Shown here piece after piece: positions 12,193-23,949 of a stretch of 64,000 nucleotides of DNA. The position numbers and the translations under genes are program-made. This DNA comes from Octopus vulgaris (taxonomy: Eukaryota): assembly GCA_951406725.2 (NCBI GenBank), contig OX597834.1, forward strand, positions 25,048,001 to 25,112,000, read 5' to 3'. Each line of letters starts with the position of its first letter. The first letter of the stretch is position 1. Below the pieces are notes generated by a model that was not told the DNA's origin, ran no database searches, and was given only the letters and a program-made list of their open reading frames with translations.

Positions 12193-12470
12193 CAAGACAA
12201 GGCATAAATAATGGCCATAACATACTTTTCTTTATTGCAGTAAAATTTACTTACAGTTGTTTCCAGTAATCATTATAAGTTCGTTATTGATAGATTTACT
12301 CACTCGGCCCATCGATCGGTTGAACGACCGAGAAAAGACATGCTTCTCCCGTCAGAGTTTCTCAACCGATCAATGGGTCGATTGAGTAAACCAATCGGCA
12401 ACGAACCTAAAATGGCTACTGGAAACAGTAAAGAAAAATGTGTAATGACCATTATTCATGTCTTGTCTTG
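12193..12470. mobile_element. Foldback/MITE-like element forming a long imperfect palindrome
   Basis: caagacaaggcataaataatggcc...cccatcgatcggttga versus tcaaccgatcaatggg...ccattattcatgtcttgtcttg. Arms are about 110-130 bp with a spacer of about 38 nt, and the left arm has a ~20-nt insertion. Flanks are TA-rich. Confidence 0.75.
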
Positions 12471-12670
12471 TATACTACTCTGTGTTGACTGAAGCACTAC
12501 CATGGGTTTTACAATATAGAATGGGGATGAGCTATAACCTCAGATCTTGCCACAAGAATACACGGAGTTCTTTGCTGATCTAAACAGTATTGTTAGCTTG
12601 GTGTAGAAACAGAGAACTTATTAAGTATTTTGCCCGGATTGATAATCCCTCACTAATAACTCTGTTATAT

Positions 12671-12706
<36 letters not shown>

Positions 12707-13925
12707 GCTTAATGTCCATCTTCCATACATGCATGGAAGATGGGTAGGACGGTTGACCGGAGCCTGCCAAGTAAACAAAAACTACCCTGGGCTGCTCGGA
12801 ACCATGTGGTTAGGGTGCTAGCTTCTTACCGCACAGCCATGTCTGCGCCTAAATTAGTGGTTGGGGTTTTGCACTCACGATTGCGAGGTCGTGGTTTCAA
12901 TTGCCAGACCGGGTGGTGCTTTGTGATCTTGAGCAAAACACTTCACCTCTCGTTAATCAGGCAACATCGATTTGATGGAGGGGGTGAGCTAATGTACAGC
13001 AAATATATTTAATCGCTATAAACAATTCATTTGTGCCGGTTGTTCAGTATAAAAGTTGAACTCTCATACGTTGTTGGCGACGGGAGAATCCACCATATGT
13101 ATGTATGTATGAATGTATGTATGTATGTATGTATGTATGTATGTGTGTGTGTATGTATGTATGTATTATGTAATTATATATGTATGTAGATAAGTAGGTA
13201 GGTAGGTTACACACACACGTATGTATGTATATGTCTAACATCTTGGATATGATAATTTGCCAACGATGATTATGGTTGTCTACTAGTTGATAGCCACGAG
13301 CTGTAAACGAGAATATATGCATGCATATATATATATATGTGTGTGTTTATGTGCATATATTGTATGTGTATGTGTGATTGAGTTTTAATATTCAATAATT
13401 GGTTTTTGTCTTTGATAATTTAAGTCTTCATTTGAAATTTCGTTGAACATCTTTTCACACATTCCTCCTCCTCCTACACACACACACACACATCCACACC
13501 CACCCACACATATCCACACACACACACATATATATACACACACACACAACCAAACACACTCAGACACACACATACCCACACAAATACATATACACACTCA
13601 CACACATTATAGAATGGATAACCTGTGTAATACTTTTGATCTCTGAAAAATCAATAATACTTAATCAATTGTAGATTATTTCAAAAACCTGTTAAAGCGG
13701 CGTAAAGTCTGTTTTATTGTAAAACGTAAACCAGTGTAATTCACATGAAATACCTGTAGCCCAGTAGCAAAGCTGTAAAAGCAAAATTTTTTAAATTTTA
13801 TTTTATCTTTCATTAAGACGCATTCAGATGTCACACACGCATGTAAATATGTATGTGTGTGTATGTGTGTGTGTGTATCTATCTATCTATGTATATATGT
13901 ATGCGTGTATATATATACATATATA

Positions 13926-13975
<50 letters not shown>

Positions 13976-14613
13976 GATGTATACATATATATACATATAA
14001 ATATATATGTATATATATACATACACACACATATACATATATCATTAAAAATACATACATTGAATATGTGTAGTCAGTAATGTCTACAACACTAGCGCTG
14101 TTTTCAATTCGTTATACATACATACATACATACATACATACATACATACATACATACATGTATATATACACACACTGATACATACATATATTTTATGTGT
14201 CTGTGTGTGTGGAGAGAGAGAGAGAGAGAGAGAGAGGTTGACAGACAGAGACAGATAGAGAGCTTAGGCATAAGGCCACAAACTTTGGTAGAAAACGACA
14301 GACGATAAAATAGCTCGTTTATTTGACTTGTACTTTATTGTAGGGGGCCTCAAGGGGGGTAAAAGGCAAAGTAGAGACCTCGATGGGATTTGAACTTAGA
14401 TTGTAAAGAGACGAAACTAAACATTGCAATATATTTTGTCCGGCTCTTTACTAATTCTGTCAATCCCTTATACGTATGTGTATATACACACATAGGCATA
14501 TATTTATATTTATGGGGTAAAAAAGCTTTAAACACTCACACACTTATACGTATATTCACAAATACCCTTTCACGCATAAACACACGCTTATTTCTCTTTG
14601 TCTAACTGTCTGA

Positions 14614-14708
<95 letters not shown>

Positions 14709-14764
14709 CCACTCACTCACTCACTCACTCACTCACACATACATACACACAAATACTCCCAGAG

Positions 14765-14931
14765 TTATTTAGGCGGTGGTATGTTTTTTCGAAATTCTCC
14801 TGGTAAATTATTGTTACCAGGAGGGCGGTACTGTATAACTACAACATATTGGTCCTTATTCTTCATTTTAGCAAGCCCCACACCAAACTCCGTTGTACTT
14901 CTCCACAACATCTGACTGAAATGCTGGCAAC
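14765..14931 (-). CDS. GLIPR2: GAPR-1/GLIPR2-like CAP protein, terminal coding exon
   Basis: Acceptor ctattttcacAG|, phase 1, stop TAA at 14765-14767. GCQHFSQMLWRSTTEFGVGLAKMKNKDQYVVVIQYRPPGNNNLPGEFRKNIPPPK carries CAP1 (HFxQxxW) and CAP2 (VVxxYxPxGN) motifs and a GAPR-1-type C-terminus (N-x-x-PPK). Confidence 0.93.
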
Positions 14932-15304
14932 CTGTGAAAATAGACAAAGAAAGACAAACGACTTGTGAGAATATGAAGTAGCTTCGTTTCTGAGAAAACT
15001 AGCGAAACAAGTGATCGTCTGCCAAAGCAGACGACAACTAGTTTATACAATAGAAACAAACGGAAGTTCTGAAAGTGAAATAAATAATTCTAAATTATTA
15101 GAGGTGATTTGATAATATCATAAAATTTACACATTTATTCATGTACAATATTGTATATTTCCTTGATGAGTCTTTCTTCACTACTTTTTTACTCAGGACG
15201 AAGTATGGTTTGCCGAGAAAAGTGTGTAGATGCAAAACATGTCTTAAGTTATAATAAATCTCTGAACGAGGTATAGGCAGTAACTGCACGACAATGTGAA
15301 ATAT

Positions 15305-15473
15305 AATGGTTGTATACTGTCAATCTAACACGAACGTGACAGTAGGGGGGTACACCACCGCTGTATAGCCCTGTGTCAAAGCCATCAGGAGGCGTCGATG
15401 CTTCCTAGGGCTATACAGCGGTGGTGTACCCCCTACTGTCACGTTCGTGTTAGATTGACAGTATACAACCATT
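15305..15473. repeat. Near-perfect 68/67-bp hairpin; internally truncated relative of the 28899 element
   Basis: 15305-15372 and 15407-15473 are reverse complements apart from one indel in a G/C run. The 34-nt loop gtgtcaaagccatcaggaggcgtcgatgcttcct matches 29121-29154. Confidence 0.9.
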
Positions 15474-15699
15474 CTATCGCCCCACCACCGTACATGTCTC
15501 TACGAGAGATTTAGAAATTTAGTATTTCTTAATGTGAAATATATTTGCCATCTAAATATGGCTGACCACTAAGGGTGGATGTTACTGTAGCTTGTAGCCC
15601 CAGGAGAACATCTTCTCCAGCTGGCTATTGACACACTTTCTGTGTCCTATCGGTATTTGCAAAGGGAAGCCATCTTTCCCATCGTCAACCTACGTGATA

Positions 15700-15744
15700 C
15701 GCACGAACTCGAGTTTCTGGGTATTGACCTGTCATCAGCGCACG
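15700..15744 (-). ncRNA. Minimal type I hammerhead-like motif, same family as 29019..29058
   Basis: Minus strand reads cgtgcg-CTGATGA-ca ggt caat acc ca-GAAAC-TCGA-GTT-cgtgcg. Stem I needs two G-U pairs; stem III loop CUCGAG is palindromic. Downstream sequence (tttgcaaa...ggacacagaaagtgtgtcaa...cctggggcta) is homologous to 29090-29160. Confidence 0.6.
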
Positions 15745-16323
15745 ACAATCACTGGTTTTCGATGGAAGAGGTCCCAATGCAAATACATATATCCTTTTTT
15801 CACTGACTTTTCATCACTGATCTTGAAAAAGTGTAAACAAGCAATAATAAACCTCTGAACGAGGTATAAACAGTAACTGCACGACAATGTTAAGTATATT
15901 TGCCATGTCTTAAGTTGTTTCTCCTGGTTACCGAAATCTTTATGATGGATCTTATGCAAACATATTTCTGCAGGTATGATTTTTTTCATTGAGTTTCATC
16001 GAAGTTCTTCCTGAGAGAGTTCAGGCCGGCTGCTAATAAAGCAACAACACTTGAGTTAAGAGTTCAGAGTATTTGTGAATATGTGGCTTAGTTGGTGGGT
16101 ATCGATTCACATAAGAATCTCAGATTGATAATTTCTGGAATGTCTCACAAATATTCACTGTGTCTCTTAATAGATTGGATTTGGAGAATCCGGTTTCCAT
16201 GAAACCGAGTATTTAAAGGTTTTGTGCAAATTTGTTCGTACATAACTGTATATATGATGATAGGCATAAACGAGGATTCACACTCAGGATACAAATGTAT
16301 GTATGTAAGTATGTATGTATGTA

Positions 16324-16369
<46 letters not shown>

Positions 16370-17226
16370 TGTGGGTGTGTGTGTGTGTGTGTGTGTGTAC
16401 GGTCACAACTTACAGAGTTTGACCGTCACCAAATATACAACTCACTTGCATATATATGAGTGTGTTGTGTGCGTATAGACAGACAGATAGACACATACAC
16501 AAACCCACACACATATATGAAAAAATTATGAATAAATGTATAAAATACAGTCATACTTTAAGCTAATCATTTAATTATTAACAACTGAACTGAATGATAA
16601 AATAAATACTAATTAGTATATTGCTAAATAAACACCCCAGCTTCCAAAATAATAAACTAAAATTTGGATAATTGAATAAAAAGCAATTCTATGAGGAACG
16701 TGAAAACGAGGTAAAATACGAAAATATTGTAAAGAAACCACTCCAAATCTTAAGTAGATAATGTTTATATATTTAATAATGTAATGAAGAAGGGCGGGAC
16801 TCTTCTGTTTATAACACAATACAGCTAAAGGCGAGAGAAGAAGGTTCATAAATGAAAGAATTATAGAAGTTTATCACAGAGGGTGGCAAGAATACAGAAC
16901 GGCGGAAGAAAAATTGTTTTTATTGATAAAGATGCATGGACTGGAATGTGGACACAGCTGAATATGAGACAATATTAACAGCTGAGAAAGGAAAGAAAAC
17001 ACGACATTATCAAATATATCAGGATAATAGAAAAGGCAACCAAATTTCCTCTCAACACACGCCCAATCAATTATCTTTGATAAAATATATAACGTCGTCG
17101 TAATTACATTGTTGACTAAAAATAAGACGGGATTGTCGTGGTTGGAGGTCTTTCTTCATAGGTCTGTTAGATGAGAATTAGTCTGTGACAAAATAATCAT
17201 AACAACAACAACAATAATATATTTTT

Positions 17227-17440
17227 TTACTATTCACAAGGGGCTAAACATAGAGGGGACAAACAAGGACAGACAAAAGGATTAAGTCGATTACATCGAC
17301 CCCAGTGCGTAACTAGTACTTTATTTATCGACCCCGAGAGGATGAAAGGCAAAGTCGACCTTGGCGGAATTTGAACTCGGAACGTAACGACAGACGAAAT
17401 ACGGCTACGCATTTCGCCCGGCGTGCTAACGCTTCTGCCG
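17227..17440 (-). mobile_element. SINE family C
   Basis: Reverse-complement homolog of 40583..40800. Confidence 0.85.
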
Positions 17441-18876
17441 CAACGGCAACATCTAGGATGTTACTCGGTGAAAACAGGAATATTCCTCCTTCGTGGCAAG
17501 ACTGGTAAATCTGAAGAAAAAATAACTGCATGTCTCGGGAAAGTTCTGCTCCAAAAAGCAGAAACAGCAGTGATCTATAAACCTTCATTTCGTACAAGAC
17601 CAGAGATAAACGACAGGAAACTAGTTTAAAATATAAACATATGAAAAGAGCGATTGGTTAAGTGGCTAGTAAATACCAAGATACAATTGACCACATTGTA
17701 ACAAATATACTCAGCCTTGGCCAAGCCAGAACAACTTGCATGTATATGCACACAGACATAACTGTATGCGCGCGCATGCGTGTGTGTGTGTGTGTGTCTG
17801 TCGTCGTGTTTAATTAATTGCATATTAATCACTACAAAATCTGGGAAGATAAGCATATGTTAATAAAGAAAGTCAAAGAAGCTTTTTAAAGGAGAAGTGA
17901 ATTAAGTGGAATCTTAAATATGGCGTTATTAAAAATATATTTATAGGGTGGCGAGATGGCAAGATTGTCAGCACGTCGGGCAAACTACTTGGCGGCATTT
18001 CGTTCGTCTTTACGTTTTAAGTTCAAAACCGACGAGGTCGATTTTTTCCTCTCGTCCTTTCGGGGTCGATAAAATAAGTAGTAGTTGAACACTGGGGGTC
18101 GATGTGATCGATTATCCCCACCCCACAAATTCCAGGCCCCGAACTTGCTGTCCTTGTTCTAAAATTTGAAATCGATATTAAAAATACATTCATTAAATAT
18201 ACTGCAAAACTACTTATTTTTATCTCTCATGTGTTTCAATCACGGGATTGTGACCATGCTGGGGCACCGCCTTGAAGTATGACTGGAACAAATCGACCAC
18301 AATCTGATACTTATTCTAGCAGTCACTTTTGCCGAGCCGCTAAGTTAGGGAGAGATAAATAATCCACTACCAGATGACAAGCGCTGGTGGTGATGGTGTT
18401 GGTGCTGGTGGTGGTGGTGGTGAACACACACACACACACACACAAACACACACACGATGGGCTTCTTTCAGTTCCGCCTATCAAATCCACTGAAAAGGTT
18501 CGAGGCTATAGTAGAAAATACTTGCCCAAGGTGCCACCCAGTGGGACTGAACCCAAAAACAATGTGATTACAAAGCGAACTTCTTACCATACTGTCAAGC
18601 TTGTGCCTACAGTTAAAATATAATTATAAATATAAAGGTAAGAATTTAAAATGTAATTATTTTTTTAAAAATTATTATTATTATAATATATCTAGTAATA
18701 TATAACCAACAAAAAATGCTATTTCTTAATGCAAAACACAGACGTCTTCCAGAAGGTCACACAGAAGGGGCATTACTGATAACACTAAGGTTAAGGTTGA
18801 AGATTCCTATAGGAGAAGACTGGGTTTTACCTTAAAAGATAGTAGTTTTTGTAGATATGTATTATTAAATATTTAG

Positions 18877-19165
18877 AGCACTCCGTCGGTTGTGACGACG
18901 AGGGTCCCAGCTGATATGATCAACGGAACAGCTTGCTCGTGAAATTAACGTGCAAATGGCTAATCACTCCACAAACACGTGTACCCTTAACGTAGTTCTC
19001 GGGGAGATTCAGCGTGACACAAAGTATGACAAGGCTGGCCCCTTTGAAATACAGGTACCAATCATTTTTGCCAGCTGAGTGGACTAGAGCAACGTGAAAT
19101 AAAATGTCTTGCTCAATGACACAACGCGCCGCCAGGAATTGAACTCACGACCTTACGATCCCGAG
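18877..19165 (-). mobile_element. SINE with a CORE-like head joined to the family A tail
   Basis: Head and core resemble the 28530 copy; the tail gtacctgtatttcaaagg...accgacggagtgct is shared with family A. Confidence 0.8.
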
Positions 19166-19778
19166 CTGTGGTTTTTGAACTGTGTAAGAAGTTTATTGTC
19201 TCGGTATGAAACTTTAAAAGAACAATGTTTTAGAGAAGCAAAAGTCGGCAGGAGCGTTTCGTCTTCTCCCATCCTTATCATCCTTGTATCATTATCCTTC
19301 ATCTCATTAATGTCCGTGTCCAGCCCGCAAGCTTCCTTACACTATGTACTGCCTTTATGGCAAATTTGATAAAATAAAGAAGCCTGCTTCCCAACCACTT
19401 GATTCCGGGTTCAGTCTGACTGCGTAGCACCATGGATAAGTGTCTTCAACTATAGACCAAAGCCTTGGGAGTGGCTTTGGTAGATGGAAACTGAAAGAAA
19501 CCAGTCGTACACACGTATATATCTAAGTGTGTATGTGTGTGCTTGTCCTCACCACCACTGCTTGAAAATCGGTGTTGGTGTGTTTACATCCCTGTAACGT
19601 ATCGGTTCGGCATAAGAGGCCGATAAAATAAGTACGAAGCCTTAAAAAAATAAGTACTGGGATCGATACGTTCGACTGAAAATTCTTCAGAACGGTGCCC
19701 CAGCATGGCTGCAGTCTAATGACTGAAACAAGTAAAATATAACTATAGTAGTGGCCTCCTCTTGCTTGTTTTTGCTGT

Positions 19779-19820
19779 CACAACGTTTCGGCTGTTATAC
19801 CCCACTGGTGTCTTCAGGTG
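19779..19820 (-). ncRNA. Minimal hammerhead-like motif
   Basis: Minus strand reads cac-CTGAAGA-caccagtggggtataacagcc-GAAAC-GTT-gtg. Stem I is 3 bp and stem II is degenerate. An inverted homolog lies at 19988..20029. Confidence 0.55.
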
Positions 19821-19987
19821 TCTCGTGATTCACCTCAGTGCCTTTCATGGAATCGAACTCAGCACCTCAGCCAATGTCTTTATCCACTACGCTATTCCCT
19901 TTTAAGGCTTCTAAACCTCCACTGATGTCTTATATCGGATCCGTACTCACTGAATATACAATTCTATATTTCTGAGATGTCACAAAA

Positions 19988-20029
19988 CACCAGAAGAAGG
20001 CTGGAGCATACAACAGCCGAAACGTAGTG
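19988..20029 (+). ncRNA. Minimal hammerhead-like motif with one core substitution
   Basis: cac-CAGAAGA-a-ggctg gagcatacaa cagcc-GAAAC-GTA-gtg: 5-bp stem II, 3-bp stem I, U4>A in the core. Confidence 0.55.
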
Positions 20030-20380
20030 AAAGCAACAACCAAGATGAGGATAGCAGTTCGATTAATATAAATAGTATGCATAATAAAAATTCCTCATCT
20101 CAGAAATATAGAATTGTTATACAATTTGTGGTACTTTAGCAAAGAAAAAGACCGGCAGTTAACTTAAAGCTGACGCGAAGTTCTCTACATGGCTGCTCCA
20201 TGAGCAAGAAACAGCAGCCAATTTTCCTTCAACTTACATCGATCGGTTACAAAAATGATGGACAAATTGAATAGTGGAATCGTCAATACACTGTATCCGA
20301 AGAAAAAAGTCGGAATGGTCATGGCTGGAACATGACTATATCAAATTACAAATGCTGGTTCTAATTATATTTACATCCAG

Positions 20381-20668
20381 CAAATAAGTTGTTTGTGCCT
20401 TCTCGAGCCATGCCTGGCTCATAAGGGCTGGTTTCCTGGTGTATAGGTTCCCCACTTGGATGGGACGCCTCCGTTGCAGGCCACCTGCAAGATGCAGGAG
20501 GAAAGAGTGAGAGACAATTGTGGCGAAAGAGTCAGCAGAAGTTCTGCCGGATCCGCGTGGAGCTTAGGTGTTTCGCTCATAAACACACACATCGCCCGGT
20601 CTGAGATTCGAACCCGCGATCCCTCGACCGCGTGTCCGCTGCTCTAACTACTAGGCCATGTGCCTTCA
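20381..20668 (-). mobile_element. SINE related to the family A head, with another tail
   Basis: Minus strand gaaggcacatggcctagtagttagagcagcggac...ggttcgaatctcagaccgggcg...gagcgaaacacctaagctccacg parallels family A. Confidence 0.7.
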
Positions 20669-21902
20669 CAGCAAATAAGTTGGTCTCACATAAACCGTTA
20701 TCCTAGTAAAGTACAAGAAAATATAGTTGACTGTCCTCTAGAAGAGCCAGAAACAGTTTTTTCTTCTTCGTCCAACCATAATCTACAGCTATTTCTTCAT
20801 TATAGTTCTGTTTTTGTTTTAATTAAGTAAACTGTATCATTTATTTCTACGATCTATCAACTAACATGAATATATTCTTTATATCTTTATACAAATAAGT
20901 CTTTCTGTTTATTTTCATTATTTATAAACTGTAAACGTATTAAACGCTATTTTAGAAGTTAGAAGATAATATTTAAATTTAAACTCAATGCAGGAAGCAG
21001 ATTCGTTTAACTTATTCGTCATATTTGTAAATATAAGTTTATATATCTTCGTCATATTTGTAAACAGACGTTTGTTAAAAGTACGCTCGCGCATGCGCGT
21101 GTGTATGTGTGTGTGTTTTTGTGTGTGTGATCGAACCAGTCTGACTCCGAAATAAGGTACATGATAATGAATATATTCTTTATCCGTGTTTCATCTTCAA
21201 TATCTTTCATTACAATTTAAATCTTTTTTGACTCTAACCATCACCCAATCAAACTTGTAACATCGACGCTTCTTTATTAGATATGACTTTTGATATTACT
21301 ATAATCTGAATAATTATTAAATGTATTGATATTCTTAACCTTGTAGAGTTTCTATTAAGGCGGGGTTTTTTTTATTTGTGTGTGTGTGTGTGTGATTGTG
21401 AATGTGATATTTCTCTTACATTACTTTTCATTCTGACCTATATATATTGTTTTTTAACCTTTAATACACTCATGCAATATAATCTGACACCCGACAAGAT
21501 TTAACATCACACAGAAATGGCTGATGTATGCTGTAAGATTAATATCTTAATTAAAAGAATATATAACCTATATTTCTTATGCATTGAGTCTTATTGAACT
21601 GTGATCTCTTTGATTTATTTTTATCGTAAATTACACAGAAATTTAATTAAATGAATGTGTAGGTGCGTTTGAGTTGTGTCTATGTCTGCATTTATATATT
21701 ATGGTACAAACTGGTAAATTCCGTATGGTATTTACTCTCCAAAGCAAGGCAACTTTCTAAATAGAATGTTACTTATATCAATCGCTATTTAAATCAGACA
21801 CAAACCAGAACTTTGCCGAAATGACTAGACTAATTTCCACCCCATCTCCCACACATGCTAATTTATTGGAAAAACTAAAGATCGTTGCTAACTCGTTCCT
21901 AC

Positions 21903-22025
21903 CTTTCCGCCATTGAGGTTTATCGAAATCATAGTGGCGAATTTCTTCATACCATTTCTTCACCAAATCTTTGCCTGAAGGTGTTTTACCGTTTAACTCC
22001 AGCAGACCAATATTTTCACCAACAC
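21903..22025 (-). CDS. GLIPR2: GAPR-1/GLIPR2-like CAP protein, internal coding exon
   Basis: Acceptor ttgtattttaacAG| and donor G|GTAGG; 123 nt, phase 1/1. GVGENIGLLELNGKTPSGKDLVKKWYEEIRHYDFDKPQWRK contains the CAP motifs GEN(I/L) and WYxExxxYxF. Confidence 0.92.
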
Positions 22026-22633
22026 CTGTTAAAATACAAATAATATAACAATAACGATAACAACAAGAACAACAACAACAACAGCAGCAGCAGCAACAAC
22101 AACAACAATAATGATAACTCCTACTACAGACACGAGGCATCAACTTTGTATCTATTTTATCGACCTCGAAAGGATAAAAGGAATTTTAATTCAAAAGGTA
22201 AAACCGTAAGAAATGCCGTTAAGCATTTTATCCGGCATGCTAATGATTCAGCCGGCTTGTCACCTTAATAATATCTGCGTCTGTTCTAGACACATGGACA
22301 ACAGTTCCTCGAATCTCTCTATTTCTTTACCCATTTTACAAACTTTTTTCTTACCAACGAGAATTCTGTTGTTGACATCATAAGAATTTATTAAATTCGA
22401 GAGAACGAGAAATAATTGCTTTTTGGAACAGCAGACGTCGAAGCAGATAAAGCATACAAATATTGTCTTTGAAAGACAACTAGTCACGTGTCTGTAGAGA
22501 GACAAGGAATTGCAACCAATCACAGGTTCTGTACAAAGACTCGATCGTACGAACCTCTTTATTCCAGTAAGCAAAGTCAAACGATGACATGGTGTCGTGA
22601 TATTCTTTCTCTAGATCCTCAAAATCAGTTGTA

Positions 22634-22854
22634 AGGGGAGGAGAGGGCCTTTCTCCGTCCGGGTTGCGGATCTGTGGAATAAGCTGCCGGACGAGATAGT
22701 GAAGATGCCGACGACCGCTCGGTTCAAAGACTCTCTTGACCAGAAATGGCCTGAACTCTTTGCATGAACACCCTCCTTGTACATAACTCCATGTCCCCCT
22801 ACATGGTCTTGCTTTTTGCTTTTTGAGCCAAAATTTTAACTTAACTTAACTTAA
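22634..22854 (+). mobile_element. 5'-truncated CR1-group LINE (ORF2 C-terminus, 3' UTR and (TTAAC)n tail)
   Basis: Open frame RRGPFSVRVADLWNKLPDEIVKMPTTARFKDSLDQKWPELFA* is the typical CR1/L2-group ORF2 end. Tail ttaac x3 + ttaa at 22836-22854. Possible TSD ttgta (22629-22633 / 22855-22859). Confidence 0.85.
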
Positions 22855-22871
22855 TTGTAGAATATACTTAC

Positions 22872-23033
22872 CAGAGGTTTCACTATATTGGATGTAACCT
22901 TTCTCTCCGATATAATCAGCCCAAGACTGAGCATCTCGGCATAATTCCACCGAAGTTACCATCTCTGGGCAGCCATGACTTTGTCTGTAACCGTTCTGAG
23001 CTTCCAGAACATCTTGTTGGAATTTTATTGAAG
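22872..23033 (-). CDS. GLIPR2: GAPR-1/GLIPR2-like CAP (SCP/PR-1) superfamily protein, coding exon
   Basis: Acceptor tttgtctctattgcAG| and donor G|GTAAGT; 162 nt, phase 1/1. Translation xSIKFQQDVLEAQNGYRQSHGCPEMVTSVELCRDAQSWADYIGEKGYIQYSETS-G aligns by eye with human GAPR-1 [42 protein letters not shown]. This exon is missing from the ORF track. Orthology is inferred, not tested. Confidence 0.9.
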
Positions 23034-23666
23034 CTGCAATAGAGACAAATAAGTTAGGATATTAAACTGGTTCAAACGTTTCATTATATATTCAAGGGTC
23101 GTAGGGTACCGTTTTTTTTATACTCTAGGTCAGTTTCGGTCAATCTGAGCTATTATCAAAATCATTTAGACATAATTATTATTAACTGTTACGTTTGTGT
23201 ATTTGATTTGCAAGATTTCTGCTGTGAAATTGTGTGTTGAAACAGGTATTGTTACATTTCGGTATGGTCAGACACTTAGGATGAAGAGTCACTGAGGAGG
23301 TCACGGGATGTATGACGAAAGATTTTTGACAAAGGACACCAAGATAAGAGTAATAATAAAGGTGAAGTGAAGAACGAGTATATAGTGCGTGTAGTCATTA
23401 GGCAAAAAAAAATGACCATACTGAAATCTAACAATATTAATAAATGACTACATCATCTACATACATACGTATGTATACATGAGTAAGGATACATACAAAT
23501 GTATTTATACATATCTATGGATATGTTTGTATGTATGTGTGGTGGTCGGAGTCAGCTAACACTGCGCATTATAAATATATTGAATTCTAACAACTTATTG
23601 GTGTTGCTACAGCATAAAGGAATAATGTATCTATCTATCTATCTATCTATTTATCTATTAATCTAG

Positions 23667-23725
<59 letters not shown>

Positions 23726-23749
23726 CCTATCTATCTATCTATCTATCTA

Positions 23750-23807
<58 letters not shown>

Positions 23808-23910
23808 TGCAGCCTCCTGGCTTCCCAGACCCCAGCTGAACCGTCCAACCCGTGCTAGCATGGAAAACGGACGTTAAACGGTGATGATGATGATGATGAT
23901 GATGATGATA

Positions 23911-23949
<39 letters not shown>

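Noticed and set aside
21778-22143. 121-aa ORF with a poly-Cys run
   Set aside because: Only 21903..22025 is exonic; the Cys run is an intronic (TGT/TGC)n microsatellite read-through.
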